From Gemmataceae bacterium (lineage in GTDB: Bacteria; Planctomycetota; Planctomycetia; Gemmatales; Gemmataceae), in contig JAYTGN010000107.1 of NCBI GenBank assembly GCA_043733485.1, forward strand, positions 7,284 through 71,283: a stretch of 64,000 nt of DNA, written 5' to 3'. Under the pieces are notes generated by a model that was not told the origin of the DNA, did no database searches, and saw nothing but the letters and a program-made list of their open reading frames with translations. Of the stretch, positions 17,621 to 25,936 are shown piece after piece (the first letter of the stretch is position 1; each line of letters begins with the position of its first letter). The position numbers and the translations under genes were made by a program.

Positions 17621-18931
17621 TCACTTCTTGCCGAATTCGATGGCCTTGACGAGCGCCAGATCGCGCGAACCGAGCACTTTGATTTTCTCGGGCTTCATCG
17701 CGAAGGTGATCGCCACCTGATCGCCCTGCGGCCCGGCGAGCATGTGGAAGCCCTGCACGGCGGGTTGATCCTCCATCTTTCCCTCGGCCGCGAGCCGGTA
17801 GAGCCAGCGGCCGCCCTCGAGCGGAATCTCGCCTTCCTCCAGAACTCGCGTCGGCACCCAACCGGGCGAATCACCGACCGCCTTCTTGAACTCTTCGACC
17901 GTCGCATGCTTGCCGGGTTCGGCCTTCTTCCATGCGGTGATCGTGCCCTGGGAAACGAGTTCGCCCCGGTCCAAGAGTCGCATCACGAGGTGGTCGTCGG
18001 TCTGCCCCGTGATGTGCCACTCGCGCGGATACGCGAACTGGTAGCGACCCTTCGCATCGGCAAACTTCAAGTAAGTTGCCGAGAGCGGCGGGTCGCCCAT
18101 CGGCACGCCGGCGAGTACGGACTCGCCGAGTTCCTTCGGCGTCTCGGCCAGCACCTCGCGCTTGAGCACCACCGTTGCTTCGAGCTTGGACGCGGGGTTC
18201 GCCGGTCCTTGTTCGCGCTCGTCCGATTGCTTCCACACCACTTCGATCACGCGGCTCGTCGCCACGTGAAACTTGCCCATCGCATTCACGGTGAGGGCCA
18301 CCTTCGCGCCGTTCTCAATCCCTTCGGCCGTACCTGTGATGCTGAACGCCGCGATTCCGTCTTTCACTTCCACGAGTTTGCCGGTGAGCGCGTTCTTCAC
18401 GAGGCCATCGAAGAGGCACGCGGTCTGGGTCGCTTCGTTTCGCACGGCCCAGGTATCGCCGGCGTTCACGACCTTGCCCGGAAGCAGACCCGCGAGGCAG
18501 TGGGGGTCGAAGTGCTCGGAAACGAGATCGAGTTCTTCGCGCGTGACCGGTCCGGCGGGGCAGAAGCAGAACAACCCATCGGCGGTTCGCGCCGCGACGA
18601 ACAGCCTGCGATCCGCGGGGAGCGCGTGATCGTCCTTGTCGCTGCCGACTACGGCGGAGGCCGCGGCTTCTTCGAAGTGCCGCGCCGACCGCAGCGGCAT
18701 GCCCTCCGCGACGGCTAGCGTTTTCTCGAAGAACTTGTGGCGGGCCTTCGCATCGAGCTTGATCTCGAGTTTCTTCCCGTCCTGATTCACGATGAGGTTG
18801 CCGGTCACGTTCAGTTCCACGACGAAGCGCGAAACGTCCCCCGCCTTCGGCGATTCGGTCAGGTTCACGGTTTGAGCGAGGACGTGTGAAGCGGATGCGA
18901 GCGCGAGAACCGCGGGCAGGATGAAGCGCAT
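17621..18931 (-). CDS. Secreted hypothetical protein
   Basis: Signal peptide MRFILPAVLALASASHVLAQ (start 18931; the track starts at 19075); strong GC3 bias; C-terminal GRYQFAYPREWH segment. Confidence 0.8.
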   Translation of the reverse strand: MRFILPAVLALASASHVLAQTVNLTESPKAGDVSRFVVELNVTGNLIVNQDGKKLEIKLDAKARHKFFEKTLAVAEGMPLRSARHFEEAAASAVVGSDKDDHALPADRRLFVAARTADGLFCFCPAGPVTREELDLVSEHFDPHCLAGLLPGKVVNAGDTWAVRNEATQTACLFDGLVKNALTGKLVEVKDGIAAFSITGTAEGIENGAKVALTVNAMGKFHVATSRVIEVVWKQSDEREQGPANPASKLEATVVLKREVLAETPKELGESVLAGVPMGDPPLSATYLKFADAKGRYQFAYPREWHITGQTDDHLVMRLLDRGELVSQGTITAWKKAEPGKHATVEEFKKAVGDSPGWVPTRVLEEGEIPLEGGRWLYRLAAEGKMEDQPAVQGFHMLAGPQGDQVAITFAMKPEKIKVLGSRDLALVKAIEFGKK

Positions 18932-19039
18932 GGGTAGTTCCACACCAGGAGGGGTACTCGGCCATACTGAGGAGTGCCTTCGGAGGTCAAGGTCATCACC
19001 TTTCTCGAATTTGCCGATGGACAGGGTCTGTAACCGGGC

Positions 19040-19068
19040 TTGCCGTGCTTGCCGAGCTCCGCTATCGT
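19040..19068 (+). promoter_or_regulatory. sigma70-type promoter candidate
   Basis: TTGCCG-17 bp-TATCGT, 60 bp upstream of the 19129 start. Confidence 0.5.
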
Positions 19069-19128
19069 CCGCCATGTGCGGGCGCGGTTGCGCCCGGGAT
19101 CCGATTCACACGCACGGACGCCGCGACC

Positions 19129-20232
19129 ATGACCCGTCGCTTCGCGCTACTCGCTCTCGCGTTCCTGCTCGTCGGTTGCGAACGCTACCGTTCGCGGGCG
19201 CAGGGTCCATTTCCAAGGCATTCGAGCCCGAGTTCGGGCCTGAATCCGCCGAGCCGCATCCCGCTGGCGATGAACGGCCCCACGCCGCCGTTGCCGCCTG
19301 GCGCACGCGATGAGATGGCACTGGTTCCACCTCGGCCTCCTGAGCCCGGAGCACTCCCGAACGCCGTGGCACCGCCGCAACCTCCAAAGCCGCCGACGGT
19401 AGAAGAAGAACGAGTCGTTCCCGCAGGCGGAACGCTGCCACCGAGGAAGACGACTCCTCAACCCACTCAGCCGCAGCCGCCACCGCCACCTGTCGCCGCG
19501 CAACCGACCGCACCAGCCGCCAACTTCGCGCCGCTCAAAAAGCTCGCACAAGGTGCTTCGGATAAGTTGAAGATGCTCGATAACTATGAGGCTCGCTTCA
19601 CGCGCCGCGAGAACATGGACGGCAACGCCGGCCCCCTCGAAGAAGTGATCTTCCGCTATCGCCAAGAGCCGATGGCCGTGTACATGAAGAACGTGAGCGA
19701 GGCCGGCAAAGGCCGGGAAGTGCTGTACAACCCCAGCCAGTACGGCGACAAAATTCACGTGGTCGTCGGCGACGGAGACACGCGATTCTTAAAGGCGGGC
19801 AGCAAGGGGCCATCGCTCTCGCCCGACAACCCGCAGGTGCGATCGAAGAGCCGGCACAGCATCCGCGAGAGCGGTGTCGCGATCAGCGCCGGCCGATACG
19901 TGGCAGTCGTGGCCAAGATCGAAGCGGGGAAGATGCCGGCCGACGTGCTGAAATATGCGGGAGCCTTGAAGCGCGAAGAATTCGGCGACTACCCCCTCGA
20001 AGGAGTCGAGCAGACTCTCCGTAAGGGAGACGAAGAAATGGTTCCGGGCGGCGGCAAGCGGCACTGGTTCTTCGACGCCAAGCCCGAGTCGCCGAGCTAC
20101 GGCCTGCCCGTGCTGGTGATCCTCTACGACGCCGCCGGCAAGGAACTCGAATACTACCGCTACACGCAGTTCAAGATTCCCGGCAACCTCACCAACGCGG
20201 ACTTCGACCCGGCCAAACTCGGGAAGAAGTAA
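19129..20232 (+). CDS. Lipoprotein, DUF1571-like, with Pro-rich linker
   Basis: MTRRFALLALAFLLVGC lipobox; YEARFTRRE, YMKNV, SRHSIRESG, ELEYYRY. Confidence 0.75.
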   Translation: MTRRFALLALAFLLVGCERYRSRAQGPFPRHSSPSSGLNPPSRIPLAMNGPTPPLPPGARDEMALVPPRPPEPGALPNAVAPPQPPKPPTVEEERVVPAGGTLPPRKTTPQPTQPQPPPPPVAAQPTAPAANFAPLKKLAQGASDKLKMLDNYEARFTRRENMDGNAGPLEEVIFRYRQEPMAVYMKNVSEAGKGREVLYNPSQYGDKIHVVVGDGDTRFLKAGSKGPSLSPDNPQVRSKSRHSIRESGVAISAGRYVAVVAKIEAGKMPADVLKYAGALKREEFGDYPLEGVEQTLRKGDEEMVPGGGKRHWFFDAKPESPSYGLPVLVILYDAAGKELEYYRYTQFKIPGNLTNADFDPAKLGKK

Positions 20233-20283
20233 TTCACCACGGTCCGGATTACTCACCACGGAATAACAATTCCTTCGCGGTGG
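20232..20283. repeat. Degenerate copy of the CACGGAA-arm repeat
   Basis: tcaccacggaata (20253-20265) is the exact reverse complement of 4113-4125; attcaccacgg is repeated at 20232. Confidence 0.45.
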
Positions 20284-20290
20284 CGTCACT

Positions 20291-21049
20291 GTGACTCGCA
20301 AACTGACATCCGCACTCGGTCTGATTCTCGGCATCGCCGGGTTCGTGGCATTCATCGGTATCGGCGTCGGAGTTTGGATTGGAAAGCGCGAAGCGGATCG
20401 CCAACTCGCCTCGAACGTCGAAAAAGCCCATCGCGCCGGCGACATTGCTTCCAACGTCGTCACGCTGGTCCGGCAAATCATTTCCCGCGCCAAGGAATCC
20501 CTGGCCGCAGCGCGAGCGGAATCGCTTTTACCTCCGGGCGACGAACAAGATCCATTCGTGCGCCTGGCCGTGTGGAAGGCGAAGCGCGAACTGCCCGGAC
20601 AGGTGGATAAAGCCCGCGACGCCGTGAGCATGGCCTCCGATGCCGTGGTCGTGGCCGGGGCCGTTTTGGATGTCTTCGACGAGCGCAAGCCGGACGAAGT
20701 CGTACTCGGAGTGAAGCAACAGGACCTGAAAGCCGCGCGAACGCAACTCGACTCCGCTTCCTCGGAACTGAGGAACGCACGCGGCATCCTCGGGCTTCAG
20801 ATTCCCGGCGCGACGGCCGAACAACTCAATCAGGTGGATCGGGCACTGGCCACCGCAACCGATGTGACGAATCAGGTGGATCGGGCGGTGACCGAGGCGC
20901 GGAACAAGGTGGACGAACTCCGCAACAAGGCCGAGAAGTGGTCGCTGAGGGCGGCGATCGGAACGACGTGCCTCGCGGCACTGGCCGCGCTCGGACAAGT
21001 GTTTTTAGTCCGCGCGTGTTGGCGCGGGCTGGCTCGGAAGCCCGCGTGA
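20291..21049 (+). CDS. Two-TM protein with long helical/coiled-coil extracytoplasmic region
   Basis: N- and C-terminal hydrophobic helices flank an Ala/Leu heptad-rich core; GTG start. Confidence 0.75.
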   Translation: MTRKLTSALGLILGIAGFVAFIGIGVGVWIGKREADRQLASNVEKAHRAGDIASNVVTLVRQIISRAKESLAAARAESLLPPGDEQDPFVRLAVWKAKRELPGQVDKARDAVSMASDAVVVAGAVLDVFDERKPDEVVLGVKQQDLKAARTQLDSASSELRNARGILGLQIPGATAEQLNQVDRALATATDVTNQVDRAVTEARNKVDELRNKAEKWSLRAAIGTTCLAALAALGQVFLVRACWRGLARKPA

Positions 21050-21121
21050 GCGCTTCACCCCACCTCGTGCCGGAATCAATTTTGTGAGACGGTCTCGACG
21101 CAAGATTCGTATGATTTCTCG

Positions 21122-21631
21122 GTGAAACGTAACAGTGCCACTCGGATACCTTCGTCTCGCACCTTCTTCGTACTCGCCTGCGGGTTCGCTGTCGCCTTAC
21201 TGGGTTCGGAGCGGGCGTTCGCGCACGATCTGCGGGCCAAGGTGAGCCCGGACTCGAATCCGATTCGGGTCGAAGCCTGGTTCGACGACGACGAGCCAGC
21301 AGCCGAGGCCCGCGTCGTCGTGAACGATACCGAAGGGCGTACGATCGCTTCCGGAGTGCTCGACGAAAAGGGAGTGTGGAGTTTCCCAAAGCCCAGTCCG
21401 GGGTCGTACCTGATCGTGGTCGAATTGGCCGGACACCGCGACCGCATTCGGCTCGAGATTCCGGAAGCCGCTGCTCCGGAGGTCGCCGAAACGTGGCGGC
21501 TCGACAAGAATCTCGGGCTCGTCATCGGGCTCGGCCTGCTCCTCGGTGGAAGCCTGTCGTTTGCCTGGCTTCGCCGGTCGCGCCGGCGCGGAGAAGTTGC
21601 ACCGTCCGCCGCACCGCCTCCCGCGAGTTAG
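21122..21631 (+). CDS. Secreted, C-terminally anchored protein resembling Ni/Co transporter accessory subunits (carboxypeptidase-regulatory-like fold)
   Basis: Signal peptide ending AFA-H; VEAWFDDDEPAAEARVVV, GVLDEKGVWSF, GSYLIVVELAGH; C-terminal TM followed by RRSRRR. Confidence 0.68.
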   Translation: MKRNSATRIPSSRTFFVLACGFAVALLGSERAFAHDLRAKVSPDSNPIRVEAWFDDDEPAAEARVVVNDTEGRTIASGVLDEKGVWSFPKPSPGSYLIVVELAGHRDRIRLEIPEAAAPEVAETWRLDKNLGLVIGLGLLLGGSLSFAWLRRSRRRGEVAPSAAPPPAS

Positions 21632-21920
21632 CCGACGCGAGTTCCGCGATCTCGCGCGGGCACTTCCTCTGATACAGCACGCAGCACATCATCGCGATGC
21701 TGAGATTTTCATCCGGTTCGCATTCCACCAAACGAACGAGTGCCCGGCATTCGTCCGCGGTCAGGGGTGCCCGCTCCTCGCAGAAGTCGCGGAAGGCCAA
21801 CCACCGCCAGTGCCGTGCCGACTTTGCGGGATCTTTCACCGCGTACGCCTCGAACTCCGGGATGGTGGCGCATGTGACGACACCGGATTCGATCCAATCC
21901 GGGGTGAAGCCGAGGTCCAT
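21522..21920 (-). CDS. Hypothetical protein
   Basis: MDLGFTPDWIESGVVT... ATG lies 2 bp after the GNAT stop. Overlaps the convergent 21122 gene by 110 bp. Confidence 0.62.
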   Translation of the reverse strand: MDLGFTPDWIESGVVTCATIPEFEAYAVKDPAKSARHWRWLAFRDFCEERAPLTADECRALVRLVECEPDENLSIAMMCCVLYQRKCPREIAELASANSREAVRRTVQLLRAGATGEARQTTGFHRGAGRAR

Positions 21921-21922
21921 CG

Positions 21923-22417
21923 TCAGGCCTCGGGTTTGGTGCGGATGTAACCGGGGCGGCCGGGCAGGGGGTAGAGCGCCATCATCAGGTAGTGTTCGTC
22001 CGCGAGCCCGAGTGCTTGGTACGTGGCCTGCGCTCGGGCGTTGTCCTTCTCGACGTAAAGCCGGATGCCGATAACGGCGGGATCGGAAGTGGCCTCGGCT
22101 TCGAGGTGCCGATAGATCGCGGTGAAGACACCCTGCCGCCTCGCATCCTCGCGAACGTAGACGCTCTGAATCCACCAGTACCACCCGTTGCGCCAGTCGC
22201 TCCATTCGTAAGTGATCGCGGTCATTCCGATGCTTTCGCCCGCGCGCTCGGCCATCACGTAGAAGCCCTTGACGGGGTCGGTGAGCGCCGCGATCACGCC
22301 GCCGCGAACCACCGTTTCGTCCAGCACTTTCGCTTCGCTTTCCCAAGCGAGGGCCAGGTTGTACGTCACGATCGTTTCGACATCGGCGGATGTCGCACGG
22401 CGAATGGAGAAGGTCAT
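21923..22417 (-). CDS. GNAT family N-acetyltransferase
   Basis: MTFSIRRAT..., YEWSDWRNGWYWWIQSVYVREDARRQGVF, RLYVEKDNARAQATYQALG. Start overlaps the RND stop (ATGA). Confidence 0.9.
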   Translation of the reverse strand: MTFSIRRATSADVETIVTYNLALAWESEAKVLDETVVRGGVIAALTDPVKGFYVMAERAGESIGMTAITYEWSDWRNGWYWWIQSVYVREDARRQGVFTAIYRHLEAEATSDPAVIGIRLYVEKDNARAQATYQALGLADEHYLMMALYPLPGRPGYIRTKPEA

Positions 22418-25400
22418 GGGGCGTTCCAAGTCGAGTACCAGTCTTTGAGGCGTTGAACCGTCACGAAGAAGACCGGAGTGAGGAAGATGCCGAAGGCCGT
22501 GACTCCGATCATACCGGCAAAGACCGCGGTGCCCAGGGCGTGCCGCATTTCCGCGCCGGCCCCCTCGGCAACCACGAGCGGTAGCACGCCGATGATGAAC
22601 GCGACCGAGGTCATGATGATGGGGCGCAGCCGAACCTTGCACGCTTCGAGTGCCGCGGTGGTGCGGTCGGCCCCGGCCTCGCGGCGCTGCTTCGCGAACT
22701 CGACGATCAGAATCGCGTTCTTGCAGGCGAGGCCGACCAGCACGATGAACCCGACCTGCGTGAAGATGTTGATCTCGAGCCCGGCGGCGCGCACGCCGAT
22801 CGTCGCGCTCAGCAGGCACATCGGCACCACGAGGATCACGGCCAACGGCAGCGCCCACGATTCGTACTGCGCCGCCAACACCAGGAACACGAGGACGACG
22901 GAGAGCAAGAATGCCGTCGTCGCGGTATCCTTGGTTTGAAGCTGAAGGAAGGCGAGTTCGGTCCACTCCGGGTGCATGTGCGGAGGCAGCGACTCTGCGG
23001 CCGCGCGTTCCATCGCACTGATGGCCTGGCCGGAACTCACGCCGGGCGCTCCCGTCGCATTCACGGTCAACGCGGGATAGAGATTGTACCGCTGAATCAT
23101 CACCGGCCCTTGAACTTCCTTGACGGAAAGGAAGACGCCCATCGGAACCATGGCGTTTGAAGCGTCGAGCGCTTTCGGGTTCTTCACGCGGATGTGCTTC
23201 AGGTCCGCGACGTGCTGGCGGAACTTCGAACTGGCTTGAACGTTCACCTGCCAGGTGCGGCCGAAGCGGTTGAAATCGTTCACGTAAAGCGAGCCGAAGT
23301 AGACTTGCAGCGCGTTGACGATCTCGCTCACGGGGATGCCCATGACCTGCGCCGCGAGGCGATTGATCTCGAGGAAGAGCCACGGCGTATCGGCGCGGAA
23401 GCCGGTGAAGACATCGCGGAGTTCGGGTTCCTCGGAGGCTCGGCGCGTCAGGCTCCGGCCCGCGGCTTCCAGTTCGGCCGGCTCCGAAGCACCGGGGTCT
23501 TCGATCACCATCTTGAAGCCACCGGCCGTACCGAGGCCGTCCACCGGCGGGGCACCGAACACGTTCACCGTGGCACCCGGCAGTTCCTCGTTGAACGCAA
23601 TCTGCAACTTCGCGGCAATCGCATCCGCGCTGCGATCCGAAGCCCGGCGAGCCGGAAAATCCTCGAGCATGACGTACAGCGTTCCGAAGTTCGGAGCGTT
23701 CGCGCTGAGGAGAATCGACTGCCCCGAGACCGAGACCGTGTGTTTAACGCCGGGCGTGCGGCGGGCAACTTCGTCCAGGTGGTTCATCTCGATCGCGGTC
23801 CGACCGAGCGAAGATGCGTCCGGCAACTGCACGTTCACGAGCAGGTAGCCTTTGTCTTGAGGCGGAATGAACCCGCTCGGCGTGGTCTTCATCGTGTAGT
23901 ACGTGAGGTAAAGCAACCCGGCGTAAGCGAGCAACACGATGGCGGCGACCCGGAACGAAGCGCGCACGGTCTTGATGTACCCGAGGGTCAACGTCCCGAA
24001 GGCGACGTTGAAGCCGGCGAACGCCCAGCCGAGCGTGCGGTTCAGAACGATGCGAAGCACGTAGCCGCCGATGAAACCGGTCGGGATCGCAATGGCTGAG
24101 ATCATCCACGGATGCGAGCGGAAGAACCAGAATGCGACTCCCGCTCCGAGAAGTGGAAACGCGATTCGCGGCAGCGGTTCGCGCGATTCGCCTTCGACTT
24201 TCGGCTTCAACAGCAAGGCGCAGAGAGCTGGGCTGAGCGTGAGTGAGTTGAACGCGGAGAGCAGCGTGCTGATTGCGATTGTGACGGCGAACTGACGGTA
24301 GAACTCGCCGATGATGCCGCCGATGAACACGCACGGCACGAACACGGCCGAGAGTACGAGCCCCACCGCGATCACAGGCCCGGCAACCTGATCCATCGCC
24401 AGCAGCGTCGCCTCGCGCGGCAACAAGCCTTCCTCAATGTGGTGCTGCACCGCTTCGACCACGACGATTGCGTCGTCCACGACGATGCCCACCGCGAGCA
24501 CGAGGCCGAACAGCGTGAGGTTGTTCACGGTATACCCGAGCAGGGCCATGGCCGCGAAGGTGCCGAAGATGGCCACCGGAACGGCGGCCAGTGGAATGAC
24601 CGCGGCTCGCCACGATTGCAGGAAGACGAGCATCACCAGCGCCACCAATACCACGGCGTAAATCAGCGTGAGGTAGACCTCGTTGATCGATTCGTCGATG
24701 AACGGTGTCGTGTCGTACACGATTGCGTAGTCGAGGCCGTCGGGGAACCGCTGCTTGAGTTCCTCCATTTTGTCTTTCACGGCGCGGGCCGTATCGAGGG
24801 CGTTGGTTCCGGGAAGCTGATAAACGGAAAGTGCGACGGAAGCCTTGCCGTCCAGCGTGCAGATTTGGTCGTAGCTCAAGGCACCGAGTTCGGACTCGGC
24901 CACATCGCGCATGCGAACGATGCGCCCCTCGGCATCCGCTTTCAGAATCATGTCCGAGAACTGTTCGGGGATGGCGAGGCGGCCGAGCGTGTTGATCGTG
25001 TACTGAAACGATTGCCCCGTCGGAGCCGGCGGCTGACCGACCTGCCCCGCGGCCACTTGTGTGTTCTGCTGCTGGACGGCACGCACCACGTCTTCGGCGG
25101 AGAGCCCCTTCGCGGCGAGCTTGTTCGGGTCGAGCCAGAGCCTCATCGAATAATCGCGCTGGCCGAGATACGTGATGTCGCCGACGCCGGGCAATCGCGA
25201 GAGTTCGTCGCGGAGCCGGATCGTGGCGTAGTTGCTCAGATAGAGCATCACGGCTTGCTGCCGGGCCTCGATGGCATCGCGTTCCTTGCGGCTCGCGGTT
25301 GCCGCAGGATCGGGAATCGTTTCCGTGGAATAGAGGTTCACAATCATCAACTGGCTCGGCGATTTCTTCTTGACGAGCACGCCACGACGCGACACCTCGG

Positions 25401-25761
25401 ACGGCAATTTCGGCGCGGCGAGGTTCACGCGATTCTGCACGAGAACCTGAGCGATGTTGAGGTCGACGCCCGGCTTGAACGTGACCGTCAGCGTGTACGT
25501 GCCGTCGTTCGCGCACGTGGACGACATGTACATCATGTCTTCGACGCCGTTGACCTGCTCTTCGATCGGCGACGCGACCGTATCCGCGACGATGCGGGCA
25601 TTCGCACCCGTATACACGGCGGAGACTTCGACTGTCGGCGGCGTGATGTTTGGATATTGGGCGACCGGCAGCGACGAAAGCGCGACGAACCCGGAGAGCA
25701 TCACCAGCACCGAGAGTACGGTGGCGAAGATCGGCCGATCGATGAAGAAGCGTGTGAACAT
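22414..25761 (-). CDS. RND efflux transporter permease (HAE1 family), copy 2
   Basis: FFIDRPIFATV, PVAQYPNITPPTV, TM4 GIVVDDAIVVVE, TM10 GLACKNAILIVEFAK, RLRPIIMTS. Confidence 0.97.
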   Translation of the reverse strand: MFTRFFIDRPIFATVLSVLVMLSGFVALSSLPVAQYPNITPPTVEVSAVYTGANARIVADTVASPIEEQVNGVEDMMYMSSTCANDGTYTLTVTFKPGVDLNIAQVLVQNRVNLAAPKLPSEVSRRGVLVKKKSPSQLMIVNLYSTETIPDPAATASRKERDAIEARQQAVMLYLSNYATIRLRDELSRLPGVGDITYLGQRDYSMRLWLDPNKLAAKGLSAEDVVRAVQQQNTQVAAGQVGQPPAPTGQSFQYTINTLGRLAIPEQFSDMILKADAEGRIVRMRDVAESELGALSYDQICTLDGKASVALSVYQLPGTNALDTARAVKDKMEELKQRFPDGLDYAIVYDTTPFIDESINEVYLTLIYAVVLVALVMLVFLQSWRAAVIPLAAVPVAIFGTFAAMALLGYTVNNLTLFGLVLAVGIVVDDAIVVVEAVQHHIEEGLLPREATLLAMDQVAGPVIAVGLVLSAVFVPCVFIGGIIGEFYRQFAVTIAISTLLSAFNSLTLSPALCALLLKPKVEGESREPLPRIAFPLLGAGVAFWFFRSHPWMISAIAIPTGFIGGYVLRIVLNRTLGWAFAGFNVAFGTLTLGYIKTVRASFRVAAIVLLAYAGLLYLTYYTMKTTPSGFIPPQDKGYLLVNVQLPDASSLGRTAIEMNHLDEVARRTPGVKHTVSVSGQSILLSANAPNFGTLYVMLEDFPARRASDRSADAIAAKLQIAFNEELPGATVNVFGAPPVDGLGTAGGFKMVIEDPGASEPAELEAAGRSLTRRASEEPELRDVFTGFRADTPWLFLEINRLAAQVMGIPVSEIVNALQVYFGSLYVNDFNRFGRTWQVNVQASSKFRQHVADLKHIRVKNPKALDASNAMVPMGVFLSVKEVQGPVMIQRYNLYPALTVNATGAPGVSSGQAISAMERAAAESLPPHMHPEWTELAFLQLQTKDTATTAFLLSVVLVFLVLAAQYESWALPLAVILVVPMCLLSATIGVRAAGLEINIFTQVGFIVLVGLACKNAILIVEFAKQRREAGADRTTAALEACKVRLRPIIMTSVAFIIGVLPLVVAEGAGAEMRHALGTAVFAGMIGVTAFGIFLTPVFFVTVQRLKDWYSTWNAP

Positions 25762-25769
25762 GAAGAATT

Positions 25770-25927
25770 AACCACAGAGGCACAGAGACACAGAGAAAAA
25801 AAGGAGACTGAGACAGCATTACAGGATCAATTCGGATTCAATCACGATCATGCCCTCCCTTAGGTGCCGTCTATTTCTCAGGTGTACTCGGAATTGTTCT
25901 TCTCTGTGTCTCTGTGCCTCTGTGGTT
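25770..25927. repeat. REP/MITE-like element: perfect 27-bp terminal inverted repeats (CACAGAG x3) around a 104-bp spacer
   Basis: aaccacagaggcacagagacacagaga (25770-25796) is the exact reverse complement of 25901-25927. Confidence 0.9.
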
Positions 25928-25936
25928 CGTTCTGAA

